From assembly GCA_036638655.1 (NCBI GenBank), contig JAVWKG010000001.1:12146-76145 (forward strand): 64,000 bases of DNA, written 5' to 3'. The stretch is from Lysinibacillus sp. Lineage in GTDB: Bacteria; Bacillota; Bacilli; Bacillales_A; Planococcaceae. Positions 23,508 through 33,965 of this stretch are shown piece after piece. The first letter of the stretch is position 1, and each line of letters starts with the position of its first letter. The position numbers were made by a program, and so were the translations under genes. The notes beneath the pieces were generated by a model. It was given only the letters and a program-made list of their open reading frames with translations, was not told the DNA's origin and made no database searches.

Positions 23508-24770
23508 CTAGAAGAAAAATTTCTGTATGTCATTCCATGTTACAACTACCATTAATATCATAAGCAAGACAATTCCTACGAAATGTACCGCTCCTTCTTT
23601 TCGACGGTCAATAGGTTTGCCACGTATCGCTTCATAGCCAAAGAACATCAAACGTCCACCATCAAGCGCTGGCAATGGTAACAAGTTCATAATCCCAAGG
23701 TTAATACTTAACACAGCTGCCCAGTTCATTAAACTATAGAAGCCATATGACGCCACTTCTTCTGTCTGTTTATAAATACCTACTGGTCCAGACAATGCGT
23801 CAAGTGTAAACTTACCTGTTACAAGCATACCTAGTAATTCAAAAATCCGTATTGTCCATGAATATGTTTGTTCTGCACCAAACGTAATAGCTTTTAATGG
23901 ATTAAATTCTCTCGGACTTTCATACATCACGCCGATTTGTCCATATTTTTTTCCTTCTTTTTCAACTTCAATAACATTCATCTCTAAGTTTTTCGACTCG
24001 CCACCACGTTTTAGTGATACGGTAATATTTTCACCAGAACTATCTTGAACAATTGCCGCTAAATCTTGGAATGTATTGACTGCCTGTCCATTAATCGCAG
24101 TCACCCTATCTCCCGCAAGCATGCCCGCCTTTGCTGCTGGTGCATTATCTATCACTTCCGTAATAATTGGTTCGTTCGTAGGTACACCTTGAACTAAGCC
24201 TATAACTAGAAAGATGAAAAATGCTAAAATAAAGTTGAAAAGTGGTCCTGCAAAAATAGTCATCGCACGGTGACCGACCGATTTTGAATTAAATTGACGA
24301 TCATAAGGTGCAATGATTGTATCTATGCCATTTTCCACTAAAACGCATTTTCTTGAAACGTTATAACGAACAAGTTGCTCTTCTTCGTCATACCCTTCAA
24401 TCCACATATCACGCTCTAAATCAGCACGTTCAACCTCTAAAAATAGCAAGTCTGGTAATTGCTTATTATTTTGATTGAAAATAATTTTCTCGACATTATT
24501 ATCTTCATTTACAATTAGCCCTACACGATAGCCCGGCAACAATTCAACAGAATCCATATCATCACCGGCCATACGAACATAGCCACCAATCGGCAATAAA
24601 CGTAATGTGTAAACTGTCTCACCTTTCGTCATACCGAATATTTTCGGTCCCATTCCAATGGCAAATTCTCGCACCATAATGCCCGCACGTTTCGCGAACA
24701 GGAAGTGACCTAACTCATGGAAAAAGACGAGCGAGCCAAATATAAAAATAAATGCAATTGCTGTTTGCAT
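23508..24770 (-). CDS. rseP: RIP metalloprotease RseP/RasP
   Basis: HELGH, PDZ domain, NLLPLPALDGG. Confidence 0.96.
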   Translation of the reverse strand: MQTAIAFIFIFGSLVFFHELGHFLFAKRAGIMVREFAIGMGPKIFGMTKGETVYTLRLLPIGGYVRMAGDDMDSVELLPGYRVGLIVNEDNNVEKIIFNQNNKQLPDLLFLEVERADLERDMWIEGYDEEEQLVRYNVSRKCVLVENGIDTIIAPYDRQFNSKSVGHRAMTIFAGPLFNFILAFFIFLVIGLVQGVPTNEPIITEVIDNAPAAKAGMLAGDRVTAINGQAVNTFQDLAAIVQDSSGENITVSLKRGGESKNLEMNVIEVEKEGKKYGQIGVMYESPREFNPLKAITFGAEQTYSWTIRIFELLGMLVTGKFTLDALSGPVGIYKQTEEVASYGFYSLMNWAAVLSINLGIMNLLPLPALDGGRLMFFGYEAIRGKPIDRRKEGAVHFVGIVLLMILMVVVTWNDIQKFFF

Positions 24771-24818
24771 ACTATCCCACCTTCAAATGCGAATAATTGA
24801 CTATGCTTTCATTTCTTT

Positions 24819-25093
24819 GGCTCATCACCATAACCTAGAGTTGATTTCCGTTCCGGCTGTGCGCTTTCCGGGGGGCGTCTGATGAGCCGCTTCACTCGCA
24901 AGCTTGCTCCAGGGTCTCGGGCCAACACGATGTTGGTCACAAAGGCGTTGTCACAGGATGTGACGTCTTTAGCCTTTGTTCCTTTATTCGCTAATCCCCC
25001 CAGGAATCGCACAGCCTCCACTCCAATCAACTGGCACTCTCTTATTAAAATGCAATTGACTTAAATGTCATTCCCGATTTTTGGTGATGAACC
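24819..25093. mobile_element. Non-autonomous MITE-like element (copy 2) with ISL3-like ends
   Basis: TIRs GGCTCATCACCA/TGGTGATGAACC; 8-bp direct repeat ATTTCTTT at 24811-24818 and 25094-25101; internal core 24840-25031 and module 24920-24985. Confidence 0.85.
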
Positions 25094-25099
25094 ATTTCT

Positions 25100-26245
25100 T
25101 TACTTTACCATATCCGAAACAATTCTTCGTACTTCACTGTCTACATGTAAAATTGTTTCTAAGTCCGGTACTGCAATTGTTTGATGTTGCTGCATCACGC
25201 GCTCAATTGTTTCATCAATTTCAAGGAACTTAATATTCCCTTGTAAAAATGCTGCTACAGCCGCTTCATTTGCAGCGTTCATCGCTGTTAAAATTGTTCC
25301 ACCTGTACGTCCCGCCTCATATGCAAGTCGCAACGCTGGGTAACGCTCAAAGTCCATTTCTTTAAAATGCAATTGACCAATTTGCGCTAAATTTAACCTT
25401 TGTCCATTTTGTAACGGCATTCGATCCGGATAGCTTAATGCATATTGAATCGGTACACGCATGTCCGGCGTACCAAGCTGAGCCATCACACTAGTATCAT
25501 GATACTCAACTAAAGAGTGAATAATACTTTCTCTATGCAAAAGTACATCAATTTTATCGTATGGCATATCAAATAATACATGTGCCTCGATCACTTCTAA
25601 CCCTTTATTCATCATTGTCGCAGAATCAATTGTAATTTTCGCACCCATTGACCAGTTCGGATGATTGAGTGCATCTTTCACCGTAACATGCCCAAGTTCA
25701 GCACGTGTTTTATCGCGGAAACTACCACCTGAAGCAGTAATAATTAATCGCTCAATATTTTTCGGGTTTTCGCCATTCATTGATTGATAAATAGCGGAAT
25801 GTTCACTATCGACAGGTAAGATCGGTGCACCATATTTTCTTGCTTCCGCCATTACTAAATGACCCGCTGTAACTAAAGTTTCCTTATTTGCGATGGCGAT
25901 TGTTTTTTTCATACGAATAGCCGCCAACGTTGACTCTAAACCGACACTTCCAAGAACAGCATTCACTAGCACAGTCGAATCAGCATGTGTAGCAACCTCC
26001 ACAAGCCCTTTTGTTCCAAAGGTAAAGCCAATATGCGGAAACTCTTTTTGCAATACAATTGCATCTGCCTCTAATTGCACAGAAACTAACTCTGGTTGTA
26101 ACTGTAAAATAATTTCACGTGTCTTTTCGATATTTTTCCCTGAAGATAAAGCGACAAGTTTAAATGCTTCCGGATTCTCTTTTAATATATCAATCGTTTG
26201 CAACCCAATAGAACCTGTTGCGCCCAATAAACTAATTTTTTTCAC
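25100..26245 (-). CDS. dxr: 1-deoxy-D-xylulose-5-phosphate reductoisomerase
   Basis: [39 protein letters not shown]. Confidence 0.98.
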   Translation of the reverse strand: MKKISLLGATGSIGLQTIDILKENPEAFKLVALSSGKNIEKTREIILQLQPELVSVQLEADAIVLQKEFPHIGFTFGTKGLVEVATHADSTVLVNAVLGSVGLESTLAAIRMKKTIAIANKETLVTAGHLVMAEARKYGAPILPVDSEHSAIYQSMNGENPKNIERLIITASGGSFRDKTRAELGHVTVKDALNHPNWSMGAKITIDSATMMNKGLEVIEAHVLFDMPYDKIDVLLHRESIIHSLVEYHDTSVMAQLGTPDMRVPIQYALSYPDRMPLQNGQRLNLAQIGQLHFKEMDFERYPALRLAYEAGRTGGTILTAMNAANEAAVAAFLQGNIKFLEIDETIERVMQQHQTIAVPDLETILHVDSEVRRIVSDMVK

Positions 26246-26262
26246 GATAGTGAGTCCCCTTT

Positions 26263-27063
26263 TTAATTACCAATAAAATGTAAGAAGTGTAGTAATGGTA
26301 CGACGAATAATAGACTGTCAAAGCGGTCTAAAATACCACCATGACCTGGCAAAATATTACCTGAATCTTTCACATCATAGTGACGTTTAATAGCAGATTC
26401 GACAAGGTCACCCATTTGTCCTACAATCGAAGCAATAATTGTGACTACGATTAAAGAAACCCACGAATTTGTAATTGGATAAATTAACTGCATTCCTACA
26501 GCAAAAATCACCGCAATTACAATGCCGCCGACAAAACCTTCTACTGTTTTATTCGGTGAAATTTCAGGCCATAGCTTCGTCTTCCCTAGCTTTCTTCCGA
26601 TAAAGTATGCGCCCGAATCTGTTGTCCACACAATGAGTAGACAGAATACAATATACTTTACCCCTGCATTTTGTGTCTCGATTAAATAATGGAAGCCTAG
26701 CCCCACGTAAAAAGCACCTATCAGAACAAAACCTGCATCATCAAATGTAAATTTATTTTTTATAAGCACTACATAGATAAGCAATAAAATGACTAGACCA
26801 TATACGATCTCTACTTTAGAGTCGTAGCCAATTGTATGTAGTATTTTTTCTGTCCACTCGTTTGGCATAACAAGCATCACTAAAGTTAATAAACCCAATA
26901 AACCTGGAACTGAAAAAATTTGAATACCTTTCATTTTCAGTATTTCATAAAATCCAACTACAGCCATTGCAAAAACTAGTAATGTAAACGGCACCTGCCC
27001 ATAAATAACAAATGGGATAAATAGTGCCGCTGCAATAATTGCTGTTATGATTCGTTGCTTCAA
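26263..27063 (-). CDS. cdsA: Phosphatidate cytidylyltransferase
   Basis: [27 protein letters not shown]. Confidence 0.97.
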   Translation of the reverse strand: MKQRIITAIIAAALFIPFVIYGQVPFTLLVFAMAVVGFYEILKMKGIQIFSVPGLLGLLTLVMLVMPNEWTEKILHTIGYDSKVEIVYGLVILLLIYVVLIKNKFTFDDAGFVLIGAFYVGLGFHYLIETQNAGVKYIVFCLLIVWTTDSGAYFIGRKLGKTKLWPEISPNKTVEGFVGGIVIAVIFAVGMQLIYPITNSWVSLIVVTIIASIVGQMGDLVESAIKRHYDVKDSGNILPGHGGILDRFDSLLFVVPLLHFLHFIGN

Positions 27064-27854
27064 GTTGTTTCTTCTCCTTTCAGCCCACCATAACGGCGAT
27101 TACGTTTTTGATAACTTTCAATTGCCTCAAGCAAGCTCTCTTCATTAAAATCTGGCCATAACGTTTCTGTAAACCAAAATTCTGTATAAGCAAGTTGCCA
27201 AAGCATAAAGTTACTTAAACGTACTTCACCACTCGTTCGAATTAACAAATCCGGTTCTGGTAAACAGGCTGTCATTAAATGTGAAGTGATACTTTTTTCA
27301 TCGACTTCATCAATCGTCAGTTTGCCCTCTTGCACCAACTTCATAATTTCCTTCATAGCACCGACCATCTCTGCGCGGCTACCATAGTTCAAAGCAAAAT
27401 TTAAAATAAGCCCCGTATTTTGCTTTGTTTCTTCGATTGCTTTATATAAAGCATCTTGTGTATGTTTTGGAAGCACGTCAGGTTCACCAATCATTTGCAC
27501 ACGTACATTACGTTCCATCATCTCTGGTAAAAAAGAAGCTAAAAATTCTACAGGCAAGCGCATTAAAAAATCCACTTCTGTTTTAGGTCGTTTCCAGTTC
27601 TCTGTCGAAAAGGCGTATACCGTTAACACTTTTATACCAAGATCCGACGCAAATCTTGTTACCTTTCGAACAGTCTTCATCCCTTCATGATGACCAGCAA
27701 TACGTGGCATTGCGCGCTTATTCGCCCAACGTCCGTTTCCGTCCATAATAATCGCTACATGGGCAGGAATTGGCTCATTTTTAGAAAGTGCAACACGTTC
27801 CTCTAATGACATTGTTTCTTTATTCACTTGTTTTCCTAATAGCTTTTTAAGCAT
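27060..27854 (-). CDS. uppS: Undecaprenyl diphosphate synthase
   Basis: IMDGNGRWA, FSTENWKRP, RTSGEVRLSNF. Confidence 0.97.
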   Translation of the reverse strand: MLKKLLGKQVNKETMSLEERVALSKNEPIPAHVAIIMDGNGRWANKRAMPRIAGHHEGMKTVRKVTRFASDLGIKVLTVYAFSTENWKRPKTEVDFLMRLPVEFLASFLPEMMERNVRVQMIGEPDVLPKHTQDALYKAIEETKQNTGLILNFALNYGSRAEMVGAMKEIMKLVQEGKLTIDEVDEKSITSHLMTACLPEPDLLIRTSGEVRLSNFMLWQLAYTEFWFTETLWPDFNEESLLEAIESYQKRNRRYGGLKGEETT

Positions 27855-28008
27855 GCTAATTCCCCCACAACAACTAATTGGACGTATACTTACTTATCAT
27901 AACAAAATAATGACCTATTTGTCTTTTGTTTCCCTATAAATTGACTATGTGTTTCTATTTTGTTTTAGAACAATTTCCTATATATTACAGACAATTAAGA
28001 AAAAAATT

Positions 28009-28221
28009 GCTCATCACCATAACCTCGGGTTGATTTCCGTTCCGGCTGTGCGCTTTCCGGGGGGCGAGCGACGAGCCTCCTCCTACGCTACGCTTCGTGC
28101 GGGGTCTCGTCTGTCTCGCTAATCCCCCAGGAGTCGCACAGCCTTCACTCCAATCAACCGGCATTTTTAAGTTAATCTGCACTTTACTCGAATGTCGTCC
28201 CCCGATTTTTGGTGATGAACC
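28009..28221. mobile_element. MITE-like repeat copy 3 (shell and core, no inner module)
   Basis: GCTCATCACCA...TGGTGATGAACC ends; core GTTGATT(28029)...AATCAAC(28158); no clear TSD. Confidence 0.8.
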
Positions 28222-28240
28222 CTATATATCACAAATAAAT

Positions 28241-28274
28241 AAGAAAAGGCGTCCAGTAAATAGTAGGACGCCTT
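28241..28274 (-). terminator. Intrinsic terminator downstream of frr
   Basis: AAGGCGTCC/GGACGCCTT stem followed by TTCTT on the minus strand. Confidence 0.75.
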
Positions 28275-28428
28275 CATCTAATAAAAGTTCTGTACTTGCA
28301 AGTCCCAAACTGCAGCATTGCCCTGTATATATATTTGAGGTGCAATTTGAGTTCATTCCACTTAAGTTCTGTAATGACCTTTAGAATGTGCTGCTAAGCT
28401 AGTTAATTTAAGCGTGTAAAGCGCCTGC

Positions 28429-28986
28429 TTACACTTCTAAAATTTCTTTTTCTTTTTCTTTTACAACTTGATCTACTTTAACGATGTATTCATCCGTTAA
28501 TTTCTGGATATCTTCTCCATATCCACGTAAATCATCTTCTGTGATTTCGCCTGCTTTTTCAAGTTTTTTAAGATCATCATTTGCATCACGACGTACGTTA
28601 CGTACAGCGATTTTAGCTTCTTCTGATTCTTTTTTCACTTGCTTCACAAGATCTTTACGACGCTCTTCTGTTAAAGCCGGAATCATTAAACGGATTATTG
28701 TGCCGTCATTCGTTGGCGTAATGCCGATATCTGATTTCATAATCGCTTTTTCAATATCACCTAAAACTGATTTGTCATATGGTGAAATGACAAGGAGACG
28801 TGCTTCTGGTACAGAAACTCCACCTAGTTGGTTAATTGGTGTTGGTGCACCATAATAATCGACAGTAATACGATCTAATAAAGATGCATTCGCACGACCT
28901 GCACGGATGGATGCTAATTCACGTGAAAAAGCAGCAATTGTTTTATTCATTTTGTCTTTCGTTTGTTCCATTACTTGTTTAGCCAT
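28429..28986 (-). CDS. frr: Ribosome recycling factor
   Basis: [18 protein letters not shown]. Confidence 0.98.
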   Translation of the reverse strand: MAKQVMEQTKDKMNKTIAAFSRELASIRAGRANASLLDRITVDYYGAPTPINQLGGVSVPEARLLVISPYDKSVLGDIEKAIMKSDIGITPTNDGTIIRLMIPALTEERRKDLVKQVKKESEEAKIAVRNVRRDANDDLKKLEKAGEITEDDLRGYGEDIQKLTDEYIVKVDQVVKEKEKEILEV

Positions 28987-29711
28987 TATAAATTCCTCCT
29001 AACAACTGTTCCAATTTTTTCGCCCTGAACGGCACGCTTAATATTTCCTTGTTCCATAATTGAGAAAACAATTAATGGAATATCGTTATCCATACATAAA
29101 GTCGAAGCTGTTGAATCCATTACTTGCAATCCTTGTTGAATAACATCTAAATATGTGAGTGTATCATACTTCACAGCATTTGCATCTACTTTTGGATCCG
29201 CAGAATAAACACCATCCACATTATTTTTAGCCATTAAAATAGCATCCGCATCGATTTCAGCTGCACGTAACGCTGCTGTTGTATCTGTAGAGAAGAATGG
29301 ATTACCCGTACCTGCTGCGAAAATGACAACACGTTTCTTTTCTAAATGACGAACTGCTTTACGACGAATATAAGGTTCTGCCACTTGTGTCATGACGATA
29401 GAAGATTGAACACGTGTTTCGATACCTAATTTTTCAAGTGCATCTTGTAGTGCAAGTGAGTTCATAACTGTAGCTAACATCCCCATGTAATCGGCTGCTG
29501 CACGGTCCATACCCATTTCACTACCGATTTTCCCACGCCAAATGTTACCTCCACCAACAACAACCGCAACTTCTACATCAAGATCTACTACTTCCTTTAC
29601 TTCTTCAGCAACAGATTTGATAATTTCAGGTGATAAACCAAAGCCAGCTTCTCCCGCTAATGCTTCACCACTTATTTTAATGACTACTCGTTTATATTGT
29701 GGCACACTCAT
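28986..29711 (-). CDS. pyrH: UMP kinase
   Basis: [24 protein letters not shown]. Confidence 0.98.
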   Translation of the reverse strand: MSVPQYKRVVIKISGEALAGEAGFGLSPEIIKSVAEEVKEVVDLDVEVAVVVGGGNIWRGKIGSEMGMDRAAADYMGMLATVMNSLALQDALEKLGIETRVQSSIVMTQVAEPYIRRKAVRHLEKKRVVIFAAGTGNPFFSTDTTAALRAAEIDADAILMAKNNVDGVYSADPKVDANAVKYDTLTYLDVIQQGLQVMDSTASTLCMDNDIPLIVFSIMEQGNIKRAVQGEKIGTVVRRNL

Positions 29712-29843
29712 TGTAAACCTCCGTCAGACATTTATTTGAAAAGTATTACATACCTATTATCTCTCGAAAAAATATAAAATACAATATTTGCTACTAGCAG
29801 ACAATAAGTTAATGTATAACCTCATCGAACTATTCTTTTCCTG

Positions 29844-29881
29844 AAAAATAGGGAACACGTTATGTTGTGTTCCCCATTTTT
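29844..29881 (-). terminator. Intrinsic terminator downstream of tsf
   Basis: GGGAACAC/GTGTTCCC stem flanked by A/T runs. Confidence 0.75.
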
Positions 29882-29999
29882 CGTCCAGTAAAACTAGACT
29901 ATTATTTGATTAGGCTAAATTGTTTCTGTCTCACATTACGACAACATAAATTAGTATGCGCATCAACGTGCAAGACATCCGCACCTAGTCTATCAAGTA

Positions 30000-30887
30000 T
30001 TAGTTACCGTTAACTTGGTTCATAACTTCTTCAGCGAAGTTATCTTCACGTTTTTCGATACCCTCACCAACAGCATAACGTACGAATCCTGTTACATTAC
30101 CACCAGTTGATTTTACAAAGTCACGTACTTTTTGGTCTGAATTTTTAACGAAAGATTGGTCAAGTAAGCAAACATCTTCGAAGTATTTACCAAGACGACC
30201 TTCAACCATTTTCGCTACGATGTTTTCTGGTTTACCTTCGTTTAACGCTTGCTCAGTTAATACTTTGCGCTCGCGTTCAACTTCGTCAGCAGAAACTTCG
30301 TCACGTGAAACATAAGCAGGGTTGATAGCAGCGATGTGCATTGCAATATCTTTCGCAGCAGCTTCGTCAGTAGAACCTTCAAGAGCTACTAATACGCCGA
30401 TACGTCCACCCATGTGTAGGTAAGAACCGAATGCATCTGCATCTGTTTTTGTTTTAATTTCGAAACGACGTAGGCTAATTTTTTCACCGATTGTCGCAAC
30501 AGCAGTTGAGATTTGGTCAGCGATTTTTACGCCCTCAGCATTCACAAGCTCAAGAGCCGCTTCAGCAGATTCTGGTTTAGCAGCTAATAATTGCTCTGCA
30601 AGTGACTCAACTAATACTACGAATTTATCGTTTTTAGCTACGAAGTCAGTTTCAGCATTTACTTCAAGTAAAATTGCTTCGTTTCCTTTAGCTAAAATGT
30701 ATGTTGTACCTTCAGCAGCGATACGGTCAGATTTCTTAGCAGCTGATGAAAGACCTTTTTCACGTAAAAAATCAATTGCAGCGTCAATGTCGCCTTCTGT
30801 TTGTACTAACGCTTTTTTACAGTCCATCATACCAGCGCCAGTTTTTTCTCGTAATTCTTTAACTAATTGTGCAGTAATGTTTGCCAT
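30000..30887 (-). CDS. tsf: Elongation factor Ts
   Basis: [21 protein letters not shown]. Confidence 0.98.
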   Translation of the reverse strand: MANITAQLVKELREKTGAGMMDCKKALVQTEGDIDAAIDFLREKGLSSAAKKSDRIAAEGTTYILAKGNEAILLEVNAETDFVAKNDKFVVLVESLAEQLLAAKPESAEAALELVNAEGVKIADQISTAVATIGEKISLRRFEIKTKTDADAFGSYLHMGGRIGVLVALEGSTDEAAAKDIAMHIAAINPAYVSRDEVSADEVERERKVLTEQALNEGKPENIVAKMVEGRLGKYFEDVCLLDQSFVKNSDQKVRDFVKSTGGNVTGFVRYAVGEGIEKREDNFAEEVMNQVNGN

Positions 30888-30938
30888 TAGTGTTTCCTCC
30901 TCAAATGTTAAACCATTTAGTTATAATTTGTAAGTTCT

Positions 30939-30978
30939 AAAAAAGGTGATAAGGGGTTTGAGCCACTTATCACCTTTT
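30939..30978 (-). terminator. Internal terminator/attenuator between rpsB and tsf
   Basis: AAAAGGTGATAAG/CTTATCACCTTTT. Confidence 0.8.
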
Positions 30979-30989
30979 GTAAACGTGAA

Positions 30990-31709
30990 TTATTCAGCAG
31001 CTGCTTCAGTTGCAGGAGCTTCTTCTTCACCTTGTTTTGACTCGATTAATGCATCAGCCATTTTAGCAGTTAAAAGTTTAACAGCGCGGATAGCGTCATC
31101 ATTTGCAGGGATTACGTAGTCGATTTCGTCTGGATCACAGTTTGTATCAACAATACCTACTAGAGGAATGTTTAACTTGATAGCTTCTGCTACAGCGATA
31201 CGCTCTTTACGTGGGTCAACCACGAACATAACATCTGGAAGTGCATGCATATCACGAACTCCGCCTAAGAATTTAACTAGACGCTCGTGTTGTTTTTTAA
31301 GTTGGATAACTTCTTTTTTAGGAAGAACTTCGAAAGTTCCGTCTTCTTCCATTTTTTCGATTTGTTTCATACGTGCAACACGTTTTTGAATCGTACCGAA
31401 GTTAGTAAGAGTACCACCTAACCAACGTTGGTTGATGTAGTAGTTGCCTGAACGTTCAGCTTCGTCTTTGATCGCTTCTTGTGCTTGTTTTTTCGTACCA
31501 ACGAAAAGAACTTTACCACCGTCTTGACCAACTTGACGCATGAAGTCGTAAGCTTCCTCTAATTTTTTAACTGTTTTTTGTAAGTCGATGATGTAGATCC
31601 CGTTACGCTCAACGAAGATATATTTCTTCATTTTTGGGTTCCAACGACGTGTTTGGTGACCGAAATGTACACCAGCTTCAAGTAATTGTTTCATAGAAAT
31701 TACTGACAT
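30990..31709 (-). CDS. rpsB: 30S ribosomal protein S2
   Basis: [16 protein letters not shown]. Confidence 0.98.
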   Translation of the reverse strand: MSVISMKQLLEAGVHFGHQTRRWNPKMKKYIFVERNGIYIIDLQKTVKKLEEAYDFMRQVGQDGGKVLFVGTKKQAQEAIKDEAERSGNYYINQRWLGGTLTNFGTIQKRVARMKQIEKMEEDGTFEVLPKKEVIQLKKQHERLVKFLGGVRDMHALPDVMFVVDPRKERIAVAEAIKLNIPLVGIVDTNCDPDEIDYVIPANDDAIRAVKLLTAKMADALIESKQGEEEAPATEAAAE

Positions 31710-31828
31710 TTGTATTTCCTCCTAAATTGTTTGGTTTTTTTCCTCCGTATCTATCTTCTATAACAAGCAACCCTGAACATCAGAGCACCACTTACTACAT
31801 CAAGATACGTGTGTATTTATAACACCAT
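31710..31828 (-). promoter_or_regulatory. Putative S2 autoregulatory leader RNA
   Basis: ACACAC-CGTATCT...GGTGC...AGATACG-GAGG architecture; promoter TTGCAG(31862-31857)-N17-TATATT. Confidence 0.65.
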
Positions 31829-31867
31829 TTGTTAATATAACATATGCTATAATCGACTGCAACAGTT

Positions 31868-32425
31868 TTAGCTATGAAACTTCAATAAAAGCTCTATTTC
31901 TGTCTTACCTTTTTGCAGCTTTCTCGCAATTGTTTCTGCAGACTCGCCTTTTTTCGCCAATTCAATCACTTGTTCTTCAATTGTTAAAATTTTCGGTCGT
32001 TCAGTAACAGGTAACACAGGTTCGTTTGCATGTAAATCTTCTTTTTTCGCTTGAGTGGACATTTGCTGCGAAACCATTTGTTTTGAATAGGCATTCGCCA
32101 CTAAGTTTTTAGGCGTTAGTAAACGTTGCTCTAATTCTACATCTACGACTGGTGATATAGGCTTTTTCACATCAGGCTGCACAGATTGCGTACTTATTTT
32201 GTCAGATTGCTGTACTTTAACATTCCCTAACTCTGAAATCAAACGATTATTTTCATCCTTAATTTCAGACAAATAAGCAGCAACTGTATCATCCATTTCA
32301 CTCATTAATCGTTCTTGTTTTTTTTCTAAATTATTAAATCTTGCAATTTTAGTATTCAGTATAATAATAAAATAAAACGATACGAGTTGCAGGACAAATA
32401 GTACTACGATCATTACTGTTAACAT
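31868..32425 (-). CDS. SwrB/YlxL-like membrane-anchored protein
   Basis: N-terminal TM, coiled coil EIKDENNRLI, C-terminal IARKLQKGKTEIELLLKF; position before rpsB. Confidence 0.75.
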   Translation of the reverse strand: MLTVMIVVLFVLQLVSFYFIIILNTKIARFNNLEKKQERLMSEMDDTVAAYLSEIKDENNRLISELGNVKVQQSDKISTQSVQPDVKKPISPVVDVELEQRLLTPKNLVANAYSKQMVSQQMSTQAKKEDLHANEPVLPVTERPKILTIEEQVIELAKKGESAETIARKLQKGKTEIELLLKFHS

Positions 32426-32434
32426 AAGCAACTC

Positions 32435-32743
32435 CTATCCGCTGAAATCGACAAAATTCCCTTTGAAGGGATGCTGCGCCTGCTTTTCTTGTTTATCTTT
32501 ATTTTTCTTTTTCTTTTTTCTAGTACCATGTATATATTCTTCCCCAGCTTCTTCTTCTTCGCTAATCTCATCCATAGCTTCTGATGTATTGACGATTGTT
32601 TGTTTTCTTTCCAACTCTTTTTTCAAAGCTTCATTCGCATTTGCTTGTTGGGCTGCTGATTGTTGTTGTGCTTGCTCTGCAATTTTCCCAGCTTCATACG
32701 TTTTTGGAATAGCAATTTGTAACTCGACACCTTTTAAACTCAT
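32435..32743 (-). CDS. Conserved hypothetical protein downstream of sigD
   Basis: GGAGG RBS; MSLKGVELQIAIPKT N-terminus and HPFKGNFVD C-terminus. Confidence 0.75.
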   Translation of the reverse strand: MSLKGVELQIAIPKTYEAGKIAEQAQQQSAAQQANANEALKKELERKQTIVNTSEAMDEISEEEEAGEEYIHGTRKKKKKNKDKQEKQAQHPFKGNFVDFSG

Positions 32744-32795
32744 AGTGTCCCTCCTCCATTACTTTTACTAGAAAATCTAACTTGCTCTAATATAA

Positions 32796-33566
32796 TTACG
32801 CATTAAGCATTTCATTTGAAAGTAATTTCCGAAGCTTAAACAAAGCTTTTGAATGTATTTGAGAAATACGAGAAGTTGACAACTCCAACATCTCTCCAAT
32901 TTCAGTTAAGGTCATTTCTTCTGAATAAAACAAGCTTAAAACAAGCTGTTCTTTTTCGTTTAACTTTTGAATCGTTACCGCTAAATCCTCTAACAACTCC
33001 GATTTCACCAATGCTTGTTCAGGCGTTTTAGTTATATCATCTCGAATGACAAATGCTTTCCCCTCAGCCTCTTCTTGGTCTTGTTGTTCGTTGATAGAAA
33101 GTACATTTGAAAAAAAGTGTTCTTGTACAGTTTGATACACTTCCTCAACAGGTAAATCCATATGTTCAGCCAGTTCTTCCGGGGTTGCATGACGCATTAA
33201 CTTTTGTTCTAAACCTTCTATTTGAGCATCTAATTTCTTTGCTTTTTCTCTTGCAGATCTTGGCAACCAATCTTCTTTACGTAATCCGTCTATAATGGCA
33301 CCACGCACACGGAAAGAAGCATACGTATCAAATTTCAAATCACGGTTAATGTCAAATTTATTTAGCGCATCAAATAACCCTAGCATGCCAAGGCTCATTA
33401 AATCGTCTCTCGCTACATTTTTCGGCAAACCAGCACCAATACGTTGTACATGATAAGAAACAAGTGGCATATATTTTTTTATTAACAAATCGCCTGCATC
33501 TGGATCTCTATCATTTACCCATCTCTGCCACAGCTTTTGTTCATCGTTTAGAATCGACTGCATCAT
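32796..33566 (-). CDS. sigD: Flagellar sigma factor SigD (FliA family)
   Basis: KFDTYASFRVRGAIIDGLRKEDW, LSTSRISQIHSKA. Confidence 0.96.
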   Translation of the reverse strand: MMQSILNDEQKLWQRWVNDRDPDAGDLLIKKYMPLVSYHVQRIGAGLPKNVARDDLMSLGMLGLFDALNKFDINRDLKFDTYASFRVRGAIIDGLRKEDWLPRSAREKAKKLDAQIEGLEQKLMRHATPEELAEHMDLPVEEVYQTVQEHFFSNVLSINEQQDQEEAEGKAFVIRDDITKTPEQALVKSELLEDLAVTIQKLNEKEQLVLSLFYSEEMTLTEIGEMLELSTSRISQIHSKALFKLRKLLSNEMLNA

Positions 33567-33734
33567 GAATCCACCTCTCTTAAAACACGCTCAAACGCTT
33601 ACTATTATTGTACCAAAATTCGACTTAAATTTCATTCGTTTCTAGAAGACTAGTAAATGTAATAATAGGTGCATATTTTCCCAACATATTCGCAAGGGAT
33701 TGCTCAATTTTTATTGGTTCTTCTATTTACTATA

Positions 33735-33852
33735 ACGACTCTTTGTTCCAGGCGGCGACTTCTGTGGTAACGGCTTCATGACCAACTTCGTGTTGACCTG
33801 AGGAGATTGGAGCCGCGCTTTGCGAACGCGCCCATCTAGAACGGAAAGTCGT
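33735..33852. repeat. Degenerate repeat copy 4 (reverse orientation, partial inner module)
   Basis: Terminal IR ACGACT/AGTCGT; 33760-33798 matches the reverse complement of the copy-1 module at 31/39; ends GAACGGAAA like the core. Confidence 0.65.
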
Positions 33853-33899
33853 GGACCCATAAGGACGCTTGTAAAAAAACTTATACATTATCTTGGAAT

Positions 33900-33941
33900 A
33901 AAAAAATAGCATAATAGGATAATCACCTACCATACTATTTT
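33900..33941 (-). terminator. Terminator ending the che genes, upstream of sigD
   Basis: Minus strand AATAGTATGGTAGG-TGATTAT-CCTATTATGCTATT followed by a T-run. Confidence 0.75.
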
Positions 33942-33965
33942 CGCTTTCGGGTTACCCCTTATTCA

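Noticed and set aside
24809-25064. Small ORFs on both strands (also 27985-28182, 28097-28384, 33730-33933) sharing peptides such as SAQPERKS
   Set aside because: These are translations of the GC-rich repeat, have no RBS, and frames are not kept between copies
27978-28229. CTATATAT upstream and downstream of repeat copy 3 as a possible TSD
   Set aside because: The left copy is about 22 bp from the TIR and the sequence is low-complexity and AT-rich
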